Part shown: positions 55,471-64,000 of the stretch, in pieces
Layout of the letters: each line of letters opens with the position of its first letter
How positions within the stretch are numbered: the stretch's first letter is position 1
Assembly (NCBI GenBank): GCA_965199175.1
Contig: OZ240684.1
Span: 1,643,288-1,707,287, forward strand
Origin: Alphaproteobacteria bacterium
Lineage (GTDB): Bacteria; Pseudomonadota; Alphaproteobacteria; G963923945
Reading direction: 5' to 3'
Length of the DNA: 64,000 nt
Translations under genes and position numbers: made by a program
Notes under the pieces: model-generated
The model's input: only the letters and a program-made list of their open reading frames with translations
What the model was told of the DNA's origin: nothing
Database searches by the model: none

Positions 55471-56454
55471 TCAGCCCGCACCCTCAGACGCAACCCAGAA
55501 GGCAACAAAAATAATCAGGCCAACCACCCCGTTGGAACGAAATATCATCAGACAATTTGCCGGATCAGCAAAATCAACCCGTGCCACTTGCCAGACCAAA
55601 TGACCAATGGCAAATAGAAGAACAGCAAAGAAAGGCCAGGCCAACCCAGCCCGATCAGCACAGAGAATCAATAACCCCACCATAAGGGCGTAAAATACTG
55701 CCACCGCAATCCGGCTGGCTGACCCCAGACGCAAAGCGGCTGATCGCACCCCAACCCGGAGATCATCGGCCTTATCCTGATGGGCATAGATGGTGTCATA
55801 ACCCAGAGTCCAAAAAGCAGCCGCCAGATAAAGCAAAAACGGCTCCATGCTTAATGATCCATGCACAGCCGCCCAACCGACCAAAACACCCCAGTTAAAT
55901 GTCAGGCCCAAAACCATCTGAGGCCAATCGGTATAACGCTTGGCCAAAGGATAGAGAAACACCAACGGCATCACTGCCAGAGCAAGCAGGATTGTAAAAT
56001 CATTCAAACGGCTGACAATCACCAACCCCAAAAGCAGTTGAGCCATCAGAAAAATCCAGGCTCCCACCAGCCCGATACGGCCACACGCCAAAGGTCGACC
56101 AGCCGTTCGCACCACCCGGGCATCAATATCACGATCAAGAATATCGTTAATCGTACAGCCAGCCCCCCGCATCACCACCGCACCACAAGCCAGATAGCTC
56201 AATATATCCAAAGGTATCTCAGCGGCCGAAGCAAATGCCACCCCCCACCAACACGGGGCCAGCAACAACCATATTCCGATTGGACGATCCCAACGCGCCA
56301 GGCGCAGATAGGGTCTCACCCAGGGCGGCATCAGGTGATCAATCCAGCTATCAACAGGGATATCGCTGGCCGCCGGAACCGATGATGATACGTCCAGATT
56401 GGCATCCGGGTGATCTTTCAGACGCGATTTTTCTGGATTCGGCATGGTTGACAT
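55471..56454 (-). CDS. ubiA: 4-hydroxybenzoate polyprenyltransferase
   Basis: 327 aa; polytopic membrane protein with NDxxDxxxD motif (INDILDRDIDARV). Confidence 0.85.
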   Translation of the reverse strand: MSTMPNPEKSRLKDHPDANLDVSSSVPAASDIPVDSWIDHLMPPWVRPYLRLARWDRPIGIWLLLAPCWWGVAFASAAEIPLDILSYLACGAVVMRGAGCTINDILDRDIDARVVRTAGRPLACGRIGLVGAWIFLMAQLLLGLVIVSRLNDFTILLALAVMPLVFLYPLAKRYTDWPQMVLGLTFNWGVLVGWAAVHGSLSMEPFLLYLAAAFWTLGYDTIYAHQDKADDLRVGVRSAALRLGSASRIAVAVFYALMVGLLILCADRAGLAWPFFAVLLFAIGHLVWQVARVDFADPANCLMIFRSNGVVGLIIFVAFWVASEGAG

Positions 56455-56581
56455 GCCCTACTGTGGTCGCCCCATCATCATAAGGCAAGCGTGGCAAAAC
56501 AAGCATGGCAAAATTACGTATGAATCAATACACAGCCAATCAATACACACCGGATCAACGCATACCGGATCAACGCATATA

Positions 56582-57355
56582 ATGACCGGGCGACGTTTCT
56601 TTGTCACCGATGACCTTCAGGCAGGAGTCCGACTCGATCTCCCGGTTCCTTTGGCACATCGGTTACGTCATGTTTTACGCTTAAAAGAAGGAACATGGAT
56701 TCGGCTTTTCAATGGCCGGAACGGTGAGTGGCAGGCGGTCATATCCTTTTCCGGACGCCGGGCTGTTCAGGCCACCCCTGACCGGCAGACCCGGACACAA
56801 AACAGACAGCCGGGACCCTGGCTTTTCTTTTCTCCGATTAAGCGCAACCGCCTGGACACCCTGGTTGAAAAAGCCACTGAGCTGGGAGTCCATCGCTTGA
56901 TTCCAGTCATCTCACGCTTTACCATTACCAAAAAAATCGGGCTGGATCGCCTCAAAGCGATTGCTCAATCAGCCGCTGAGCAATGCGAACGTCTGGATAT
57001 TCCGGTCATTGATTCCCCGCATCCCCTGGAAGATATCGCCGCCGACTGGCCACCCAAACGCCGATTATTTATGTGTGTTCCCCGCCAAAATACCCCATCC
57101 ATTCATCATGCTTTGGTACCGTTTTCTCACCCCCACCCTGATCCCCACCAGCAGACCAAAAGACCTGCTGCAGACTGGGCACTCATGATTGGTCCGGAAG
57201 GGGGCTTTGCTCCCGGGGAACCTGAACTCTTTGATTCACTACCCGGAGTATCGCGAGTCCATCTGGGGCCACATATTCTGCGGACCGAGACCGCCGCCAT
57301 CGCCGCCTTGTCCTGCTGGCAAGCTGCCCTTGGGAATCACAGCCCAGCCCGTTGA
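56582..57355 (+). CDS. rsmE: 16S rRNA (uracil1498-N3)-methyltransferase RsmE; the internal ATG is chosen because the longer ORF from 56444 overlaps ubiA and carries a repetitive leader
   Basis: RFFVTDDL...; C-terminal GPEGGF motif. Confidence 0.75.
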   Translation: MTGRRFFVTDDLQAGVRLDLPVPLAHRLRHVLRLKEGTWIRLFNGRNGEWQAVISFSGRRAVQATPDRQTRTQNRQPGPWLFFSPIKRNRLDTLVEKATELGVHRLIPVISRFTITKKIGLDRLKAIAQSAAEQCERLDIPVIDSPHPLEDIAADWPPKRRLFMCVPRQNTPSIHHALVPFSHPHPDPHQQTKRPAADWALMIGPEGGFAPGEPELFDSLPGVSRVHLGPHILRTETAAIAALSCWQAALGNHSPAR

Positions 57356-57402
57356 TCCTCCGCTTTAACAACAAAATCCATACCGATTTGTGCTCTTAAA
57401 CA

Positions 57403-58800
57403 GTGATGATAAAGGCCCCGATGACTCCCGCATCCCGCAAAAAAAACCACACCGATGAACAGGTCCCGATCACCGATACGGAGCCGTTGATCACGTATCT
57501 GTCTCAGGGCTGTACAATCCGGAGCAACTGGCGGATCGGGACCGAACATGAGAAATTTGCCTATCGGCTCAGTGATCACCATCCCTTAAGCTATGATGAG
57601 GTGGGGGGGATACGTGATCTGCTCCGGGGCTTGCTGCGTTTCGGCTGGCAGCCGATTGAAGAAGCAGGCCAGATCATCGCCTTAAGTCGGGATGGTGCCT
57701 CGGTCACTTTGGAACCAGGTGGCCAGATTGAACTCTCCGGTGCGCCCCTGGTCTCGGTTCATGAAACCTGCCTGGAAGTTCGTGAACATCTCAAAGAGAT
57801 CAAATCGGTTGCTGAGGGAATCGGGGCCGGATTGATGGGTTTGGGAGTCCTCCCGATTGCCGGACGCAATGCCATTTCCTGGATGCCGAAAGAACGTTAC
57901 GCAATTATGCGCCGCTACATGCCCACCAAAGGAGACCAGGGCCTTGATATGATGACCCGGACCGCCACCGTACAGGTCAATCTTGATTTTGAATCCGAAG
58001 CCGACATGGTGACAAAATTTCGGGTTGCCCAAGCACTCCAGCCGGTCGCGGTCGCCCTTTATGCCAACTCGCCCTTCCTCAATGGTCGTCCGAGTGGCTG
58101 GCTGAGTACACGCAGCCATATCTGGAACCATACCGACCCGGATCGTTGTGGTATTTTGCCTTTCATCTTTGACGATGGCTTCGGTTTTGAACGTTATGTC
58201 GATTATCTGCTTGATGTTCCAATGTATTTTGTCCGCCGCCAGGGTCGCTATATTGATGCTGCCGGTCAGTCTTTCCGTGATTTTCTATCCGGACGACTCC
58301 CGGCTTTACCAGGGGAATATCCGTATTTGAGCGATTGGATTGACCATATGAGCACCGTATTTACCGAGGTGCGGCTGAAACGTTTTCTTGAAATGCGCGG
58401 AGCAGATGGTGGGGCGTGGAATCGCCTCTGTGCACTTTCAGCATTTTGGGTCGGGCTGCTTTATGACCCGGTTGCTCAGGATGCTGCCTGGGATCTGGTC
58501 AAAAACTGGTCTCTGGAAGATCACATGCTCTTGCGTCAGGATATCCCCAAAACCGCTTTGGCAACCCATACGCCGGCTGGTCCCATGGCCGCATTGGCTG
58601 AGCAGGTCCTGGAGATTGCAGCGATGGGTCTCAAACGCCGGGGGTTTCAGGACACCAAAGGCAAGGATGAAAGCGGTTTCCTTGATCCGCTGATCGAAAT
58701 TGCTCAATCCAAAACCACCCCGGCGGAAATCTGGTTGGATGCCTATGCCCATCGGTGGAACGGCAGCCTCGATCCGATCTTTACCGAAAACGCATACTAA
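57403..58800 (+). CDS. gshA: glutamate--cysteine ligase (plant/alphaproteobacterial GCS2 type)
   Basis: 465 aa; GTEHEKF motif. Confidence 0.85.
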   Translation: MMIKAPMTPASRKKNHTDEQVPITDTEPLITYLSQGCTIRSNWRIGTEHEKFAYRLSDHHPLSYDEVGGIRDLLRGLLRFGWQPIEEAGQIIALSRDGASVTLEPGGQIELSGAPLVSVHETCLEVREHLKEIKSVAEGIGAGLMGLGVLPIAGRNAISWMPKERYAIMRRYMPTKGDQGLDMMTRTATVQVNLDFESEADMVTKFRVAQALQPVAVALYANSPFLNGRPSGWLSTRSHIWNHTDPDRCGILPFIFDDGFGFERYVDYLLDVPMYFVRRQGRYIDAAGQSFRDFLSGRLPALPGEYPYLSDWIDHMSTVFTEVRLKRFLEMRGADGGAWNRLCALSAFWVGLLYDPVAQDAAWDLVKNWSLEDHMLLRQDIPKTALATHTPAGPMAALAEQVLEIAAMGLKRRGFQDTKGKDESGFLDPLIEIAQSKTTPAEIWLDAYAHRWNGSLDPIFTENAY

Positions 58801-58909
58801 TTCAGTGATCCCCTCATTCAGTCATTGCAGGTTCATGTCTGTTCCAGATCAGAATCGACATATTATTCTGATACAGTTTTTTTATAATTCTCTGGCAATC
58901 CAATTCCCT

Positions 58910-58930
58910 GATAATCCGGTAGTGGGTCAC
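58910..58930. repeat. A 21-bp sequence (gataatccggtagtgggtcac) that is a near-perfect inverted copy of the IS right end at 61851-61870
   Basis: Direct comparison: the reverse complement of 61851-61870 is gattatcggtagtgggtcac. Confidence 0.8.
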
Positions 58931-59004
58931 TTTGAAATCTAACGCTCTCACGACTTCACTAGGTTTCGTTTGCGTCCGGTGCTGGCAATGCCTATCTTAC
59001 AAGC

Positions 59005-59220
59005 ATGACTAATAAACCCAAACGCCCAAGAGACGCGAACAAGTTAGCAAAGTCCATTGTGGACATTGCTATTGGCCAAGTCGAAGAAGAGCCGAAGGCA
59101 AAGGGGCAACAGCTTGGTGGCAAGAAGGGCGGGGCAGCCCGCGCTAAATCACTAAACGCTGCAGAACGATCCGAGATTGCAAGGATAGCCGCTGCGGCGA
59201 GATGGAAGAAGTCTCGCTAG
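59005..59220 (+). CDS. small lysine-rich basic protein (GGKKGG...ERSEIARIAAAARW motif), a putative DNA/RNA-binding protein
   Basis: 71 aa; pI very basic; resembles a widespread family of small proteins on mobile elements. Confidence 0.4.
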   Translation: MTNKPKRPRDANKLAKSIVDIAIGQVEEEPKAKGQQLGGKKGGAARAKSLNAAERSEIARIAAAARWKKSR

Positions 59221-59714
59221 GCTGCTTCATCTTCGTCCCCATCCGTCAAGCCGTTGGCAACTTTCATCTCTTCGATGTCTTCTTCGAAGTCCATGATGAT
59301 CTGAATGTCATCTTCGTTGGGATGGGCTTCGTTGTAGTGATCGACCTTCATAACCAATGCGTAGCAATCGCTTGCGATTAATCGGCGTTCTTGCTGTACG
59401 CTCTTTTCAACGTGCAGCCGGGGCGCTTCATCAATATCATCCCACTCAAACAGAGTTTCGCCCGTTTTAGCTTTTGATCGCACCGGAATGTTTGCCCGGT
59501 ATTCTCGTCCGGCTTTGTCGGTCCTTTTTTCTTCGCGCAGCGCCTGCGCCAGATCGTTTGCAAGGCTTGTACTCAAATCTATAGGTCTTGGTTGCCAAAG
59601 CCCTTGCCTGATTGCCCAAGCAGCGACCGTCTTTAGGTCAACGGGATCAGATGAAACCTCGTCACGATACTTTTGCCAGATATTTTGGCGTAGTTGTTCT
59701 TTGTAGTTCGGCAT
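59217..59714 (-). CDS. hypothetical 165-aa protein with an acidic C-terminus, second gene of an operon with the HTH-ImmA gene
   Basis: Separated by 12 bp from the upstream gene on the same strand; no recognisable domain. Confidence 0.45.
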   Translation of the reverse strand: MPNYKEQLRQNIWQKYRDEVSSDPVDLKTVAAWAIRQGLWQPRPIDLSTSLANDLAQALREEKRTDKAGREYRANIPVRSKAKTGETLFEWDDIDEAPRLHVEKSVQQERRLIASDCYALVMKVDHYNEAHPNEDDIQIIMDFEEDIEEMKVANGLTDGDEDEAA

Positions 59715-59726
59715 TTCGTTACTCCG

Positions 59727-60827
59727 TTATTTGCCAGTAGGGATCAGGTCACCCCAACCATCCATCATCATTGACGCAGACAGCGATTGTCTGACTTTCA
59801 CCAAGTGTCGGCGAAGAAAATCGTAACGATTCATCTTCCGTTGCAGTTGCCCGACCACTAGACCGGGGTGAACCCCCATACGCTTTGAGAATGCCAGCAC
59901 ATCCCGTCCTGAAAAGTATGGGTTCTTTCGTAAATAGAACGATTGCATTTTCTTGGATGAAACGCAGAAATCCGCAGCTTCTGAATTTGCAATAATTTCT
60001 TCTTCCGAAATGTTTGCTTCCATAGTTGGATCGCCCAAATCACAATCAACAATCGCGGCTTGTTTGCCGTGCCCGTGAAGCACATGGGCGCATTCATGGC
60101 GGAGAACAAACCAAAAATTATCAATGCGATCATAGCGCAGAGACATGCCAATGACAGGTGAAGTTTGGTCGAGCCAAAGGCAAACCCCGTCAATGGTGCT
60201 ATTCGCGATGCCCTCAACAACGACAAAACGGACCCCGGCTTTTTCAAGCAGCTGAGGGACGTAACGGACGTCCTCAGGCTTACCTCTCAAACCTTCAAAT
60301 GCTTTGATTGCATCCATGAACTTCTGCTTGTCATAAGACGGGGAAAGCATCTCCTCAGCGATGCGCTTTACACGAAATAGCCATGCAAGTTGCTGCGGGG
60401 GAACTTCTTCATAAGAGGTCTTCTTCGCGATGTGGGAGAGGTGGGGAACATCCTCAATGTCTTCTACGTCAAAGAACCTGTAAACCTGTTGTTCAAGCGT
60501 TCCTTCTCCGTGTTCAGGATCAACCCACCCTCGCTTTTCCATTTCTCTGAGCGGGTATTGGCTCAAAATCTTAGCCCGTGCTTTGATTCTGGGGTCGGGT
60601 TCTTCAGAGTGCTTAATCCCCCATTTTGCCTGAATCTGAGCGATTTCAGCAGCATCATATTCCAACGCAGCACCGAGAGACTGAGCCATTGCAGTGCTGA
60701 TCGAACGTTTGTCATTTAGTATTTGATTGATAGAAGCTGGCTGAGTGCCAATAGCGTAAGCCAGGTCACTTTGGGTCCAGCCCTTGCCTTCCATCTTGGA
60801 CTTAATGAATGTTCCTGGGGATGTCAT
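59727..60827 (-). CDS. XRE-family helix-turn-helix fused to an ImmA/IrrE-family (COG2856) zinc metallopeptidase
   Basis: N-terminal HTH (WTQSDLAYAIGTQPASINQILNDKRSIS), HEXXH motif (RHECAHVLHGH). Confidence 0.8.
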   Translation of the reverse strand: MTSPGTFIKSKMEGKGWTQSDLAYAIGTQPASINQILNDKRSISTAMAQSLGAALEYDAAEIAQIQAKWGIKHSEEPDPRIKARAKILSQYPLREMEKRGWVDPEHGEGTLEQQVYRFFDVEDIEDVPHLSHIAKKTSYEEVPPQQLAWLFRVKRIAEEMLSPSYDKQKFMDAIKAFEGLRGKPEDVRYVPQLLEKAGVRFVVVEGIANSTIDGVCLWLDQTSPVIGMSLRYDRIDNFWFVLRHECAHVLHGHGKQAAIVDCDLGDPTMEANISEEEIIANSEAADFCVSSKKMQSFYLRKNPYFSGRDVLAFSKRMGVHPGLVVGQLQRKMNRYDFLRRHLVKVRQSLSASMMMDGWGDLIPTGK

Positions 60828-60924
60828 GGGCCTGTTTCTTTCTTGGTTTTCCCCATACTAGAATGAGCACCATCGCTCGTCAATTATTGTTTTAGCAAAT
60901 ATGTTAAAATGACCTATATGCTTG

Positions 60925-61870
60925 ACTATGGTATGTTGATCACTTAGATTAACTGCATGAACAAGTTAGATGTCAAAACCCGCTCTCTGATCATCCGCCT
61001 TCTTGTTGAGGGAAATAGCATCCGTGCCACCAGCCGGATCGCAGATGTGTCTAAGAATACGGTCAACAAGCTTCTGATTGACGCAGGCAAGGCTTGCTCG
61101 AAATACCATGACGAGAACGTGCGCAATGTGAAAGCATCCGTGATCCAATGTGATGAAATCTGGTCGTTCACCTACGCAAAACAGAAAAACGTCAAGACGG
61201 CTAAAGCAGCGCCGGAACATGCGGGCGACACTTGGACTTGGACCGCGCTGGATAGCGAAAGCAAGCTGATCGTGTCCTACATGGTCGGTGGCCGTGACAG
61301 CGAGTACGCAATCGGCTTCATGGATGATCTGTGTGCGCGTCTGGCGAAACCGGGTGCAACTCACTACGGACGGTCACAAGGCGTATTTGGAAGCCGTAGA
61401 GGGCGCGTTCGGCGGGGACGTAGACTATGCCCAGCTTATCAAGCTGTATGGCGAACCCACGGGACAGAAGGGCCACGAACGCAAGTATTCGCCCTTTGAA
61501 TGTACCGGCACCAAAAAGCGCGTTGTCGAAGGTAGACCGATCAAGGCACTTGTCAGCACATCACACATCGAGCGCCAGAACCTTACTATGCGGATGCACA
61601 TGCGCCGGTTTACCCGCCTGACCAATGCTTTCAGCAAGAAGGTCGAGAACCATGCTTACGCGGTCGCGCTACATTTCATGTATTACAACTTCGCCAAGGT
61701 TCATCAGACGCTCAAGGTGACGCCCGCAATGGAAGCTGGCCTGACGGATCGTCTTTGGGATATTTCAGATCTGGTCGCTCTTGTGGACGCAAATGAACCT
61801 GCATCCAAGAAACGAGGACTATACAAGAAACGCCAGAAGCAAATTTCAAAGTGACCCACTACCGATAATC
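60925..61870 (+). mobile_element. IS1-family insertion sequence, roughly 0.95 kb, with imperfect terminal inverted repeats (60925-60944 / 61851-61870)
   Basis: The transposase shows clear similarity to IS1 InsA (HTH) and InsB (DDE; VIQCDEIWSF, W.TDG, IER.NL); terminal IRs found by eye. Confidence 0.7.
60957..61854 (+). pseudogene. IS1-family transposase interrupted by a +1 frame change near 61340-61350, at an AAA run in gcgaaaccgggtg. Either a frameshifted pseudogene or a programmed-frameshift InsAB'-type gene
   Basis: Two overlapping ORFs (60957-61499, 61288-61854); the homology runs continuously from ...FMDDLCARLA into RVQLTTDGHKAY... Confidence 0.7.
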
Positions 61871-61988
61871 CAATTTTGCACGTCCCGATTACATACTCCC
61901 ATCAACCCTGTCTGTGCCGAAAAGATACCGCAGTGTCAGCAAATATCACAATGACACCCCCAATAAAAACAACCATAAAGGAGTCCCC

Positions 61989-62279
61989 ATGACCCACCAA
62001 TGCGGATCCCTTGACCAGGTACGCAGAGAAATTGACCGTCTGGATGATTCCCTGCTTGATCTCCTGGCTGAACGCAGCTGCTATGTCCGGCAAGCGGTTC
62101 AACTCAAAAACCGTGATCAGATTATTGATCAGGAGCGTATTGAAGCCATCCTCACCCGCATACGGGAACGCGCTGCTGCCCTTGATCTGCAACCCGATAT
62201 TGCCGAGGCGGTCTGGCGGCGCATGATTGATGCCTTCATCGCTTATGAAGAACAAATCTATGATGATGTCCACACATGA
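61989..62279 (+). CDS. AroQ-class chorismate mutase; the internal ATG is chosen because the upstream part of the ORF overlaps the IS end
   Basis: LDQVRREIDRLDDSLLDLLAERSCYVRQAVQLK, typical of CM_2. Confidence 0.7.
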   Translation: MTHQCGSLDQVRREIDRLDDSLLDLLAERSCYVRQAVQLKNRDQIIDQERIEAILTRIRERAAALDLQPDIAEAVWRRMIDAFIAYEEQIYDDVHT

Positions 62280-62396
62280 CCCATCATGGGATGAATGAAT
62301 TCCTTCCGACCGATGATTAAAAGAGTGTCTTTATACCTGAAGAAAAATTGAATCCTCCCGAAGAAAAAATTGATCCATTAAAGTGAACCCAATGCC

Positions 62397-62747
62397 TTAA
62401 TGCCCTGATGCAGTGTACAAAATCTGATAAATTTCTCTTTGCTTACGGCTGCCACCGTATCTTCTGGCCAACTGCCAGGGTTGCAGGCCATTCTCATTGA
62501 TTGCTCCGGGATTGGCCCCGGCTTTGAGCAGCGTTCTGACAGTGTCAACGACAAAATGTCCATAAAACGATACAAGGGGTAAAAGTGATTCAATAACCGG
62601 GACGCTGGCTATCGGATTGCTTCGACCAAACTGCTTCGACCTCATTTTCACTTTATCTGATTTTACGTTACGTTGATCTGATTTTACGTTACGTTGTCTT
62701 TTGTTCTTCCGCCTGTTTTTTCTCGTGTTTTTTAATGACTGATCCAA
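62397..62747 (-). CDS. possible ankyrin-repeat gene remnant (a single ANK repeat at the C-terminus); the upstream part contains a 2 x 21 bp direct repeat and may not be coding
   Basis: LLKAGANPGAINENGLQPWQLA resembles an ANK repeat; the rest is low complexity. Confidence 0.3.
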   Translation of the reverse strand: MDQSLKNTRKNRRKNKRQRNVKSDQRNVKSDKVKMRSKQFGRSNPIASVPVIESLLPLVSFYGHFVVDTVRTLLKAGANPGAINENGLQPWQLARRYGGSRKQREIYQILYTASGH

Positions 62748-62791
62748 CCAGATAGAATCTGGTCAACGACTGATAAAAGTCCATAAATGGT

Positions 62792-63667
62792 TTGATTAAA
62801 ATGGTTCGATCCCCGCCTTCACAATCGGAAAATACGGATTTTGGGTACGCCAGGGTTTCGATGGCCGAAAAAACCCGGCGCGTCCAGGCGGTATTCAAAA
62901 ACGTCGCCCCCCATTACGACCGCATGAATGACCTGATGTCCATGGGCATCCATCGCTTATGGAAGGATGTTTTGGTCCGGGAAGCCGCGCCACGCCCCGG
63001 AATGGCGATCCTTGATGTTGCTGGCGGAACCGGTGACATTGCCCAACGCCTCATCAAACACCAATATCAGGGCCACCAGAGCCAGCCGCATACCCAGCCC
63101 GCCCTGCTTATCTGTGATCTTAACCCGGCCATGCTCAATCAGGGACGGGACCGTTTGATTGATCAGGGTCTGTCCGGCATGATTCACTGGACCGTTGGCG
63201 ATGCTCAGTCTTTGCCTGTTCCTGATTCCTGTTTTGACTTGGTAACAATAGCGTTTGGATTGCGCAATATCACCGATAAAACCCTGGCCCTCCGGGAAGT
63301 TCTCCGGGTTCTCAAAACCGGCGGACGCTTTTTATGTCTGGAATTCAGCCAGCCAGATCATCCCTGGTTGAAACGGGCCTATGATCTGTATTCTTTCACA
63401 ACCCTGCCAATCCTGGGAAAAATCATCGCCGGAGATGCCGCAGCATACCGTTATCTTGCCGAATCAATCCGGATGTTCCCCGATCCGGATCATCTGGCTG
63501 CCATGATGCACCAGGCCGGGTTCAGGAATGTCTATCACCGTCGGCTTTCTGGCGGAATCGTTGCCCTTCATGGCGGAACATGTGGCGAAAGACCCCTCAG
63601 AAAATATGTCAGAAATCAACCCAAAAAAGCACCGGTAAAACCGTCAGCAAAACACAAAACCCCATAA
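62792..63667 (+). CDS. ubiE: ubiquinone/menaquinone biosynthesis C-methyltransferase UbiE
   Basis: TDFGYARV...MNDLMSMGIHRLWK aligns to the UbiE N-terminus; SAM motif LDVAGGTGD. Confidence 0.85.
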   Translation: MIKMVRSPPSQSENTDFGYARVSMAEKTRRVQAVFKNVAPHYDRMNDLMSMGIHRLWKDVLVREAAPRPGMAILDVAGGTGDIAQRLIKHQYQGHQSQPHTQPALLICDLNPAMLNQGRDRLIDQGLSGMIHWTVGDAQSLPVPDSCFDLVTIAFGLRNITDKTLALREVLRVLKTGGRFLCLEFSQPDHPWLKRAYDLYSFTTLPILGKIIAGDAAAYRYLAESIRMFPDPDHLAAMMHQAGFRNVYHRRLSGGIVALHGGTCGERPLRKYVRNQPKKAPVKPSAKHKTP

Positions 63668-64000
63668 CCCGAAGCCAGCCATACGAACAGAAGGTGCCAG
63701 AACGTCACTTGTATTTGTTGGCCACAGCTTTCACAAACCACAAAAAATCGTCGTATTTTATTTTTGTTTTCTTGTTTTTTGTGGTATTTTAAATTCTTTA
63801 GTTCTCAGAATCGCTTTAATTCTTAGAGTCGCTAAAGCATCGCCATGACAACACTCCGGACCGACGACCAGAGCATCATGTTAAAGATTTGGTCCCTGTT
63901 TCAATCCCGTCTGTTTCCACCATGTCCTTTAACAATGAATTCTTTATTATACATTGAGCACGCAATCAGTGATCTGGACGTATGTGAATGCTCCTTTGGG

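Noticed and set aside
56444-56581. The extended rsmE start at 56444
   Set aside because: It would overlap the ubiA start by 11 nt in a divergent arrangement and consists of repeat-encoded low complexity (SIHTGSTHTGSTH). The internal ATG at 56582 gives a canonical-length RsmE.
58801-59004. A tRNA or tmRNA gene as an integration target at the island boundary after gshA (also checked after ubiE, 63668-63970)
   Set aside because: No cloverleaf-compatible sequence with a GTTC-type T-loop or CCA end could be recognised by eye. tRNAscan would be needed to be sure.
60957-61854. Treating the IS1 transposase as two intact genes (insA/insB)
   Set aside because: Homology to a single fused IS1-family transposase is continuous across the frame change at an AAA run. 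It is annotated as frameshifted; a programmed frameshift cannot be excluded.
61914-61988. The extended chorismate mutase start at 61914
   Set aside because: The upstream part lies within or adjacent to the IS right end. The MTHQ start at 61989 gives a standard roughly 96-aa AroQ domain.

Overview
The window reads as a chromosomal segment of a moderately GC-rich alphaproteobacterium, roughly 55-60% GC, inferred from gene content and the dnaA-dnaN-recF-gyrB order. Core content from start to end: an anaerobic-type cobalamin (cbi) cluster with a CbiX-like cobaltochelatase, a CbiG-CbiH fusion, and an ankyrin-repeat gene plus a SCO1/SenC gene embedded in it; a class A PBP; the gyrB-recF-dnaN-dnaA replication cluster with a rhodanese gene and rpsT; mutM; leuB; alkB; dnaK-dnaJ; dapB; nth; tadA; purD; xseA; an M23 peptidase; lpxK-waaA-acyltransferase-msbA; an IMPase; pmbA; ubiA; rsmE; gshA; a chorismate mutase; ubiE. 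Three accessory insertions stand out. First, a low-GC islet between dapB and nth (32.2-34.9 kb) carrying a lipoprotein gene, a DUF3800 gene and a membrane bPH-like gene. Second, a Type III restriction-modification module (mod-res, 36.9-42.1 kb) with an AT-rich target-recognition region in mod, in-frame 15-bp repeats in mod, and an 84-bp copy of an internal res segment duplicated upstream of mod. Third, a roughly 3-kb lower-GC transposon-like segment after gshA (58.9-61.9 kb), bounded by near-identical 20-bp inverted repeats, carrying a frameshifted IS1-family transposase and a two-gene module: an XRE-HTH fused to an ImmA/IrrE metallopeptidase, followed by an unknown 165-aa protein. That module is the best candidate here for an uncharacterised toxin-antitoxin or defence-like system. 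A further striking property is the abundance of short tandem duplications (14-30 bp units, 2-6 copies) in intergenic regions and inside several genes. No rRNA, tRNA or CRISPR array and no cobalamin riboswitch could be recognised by eye.
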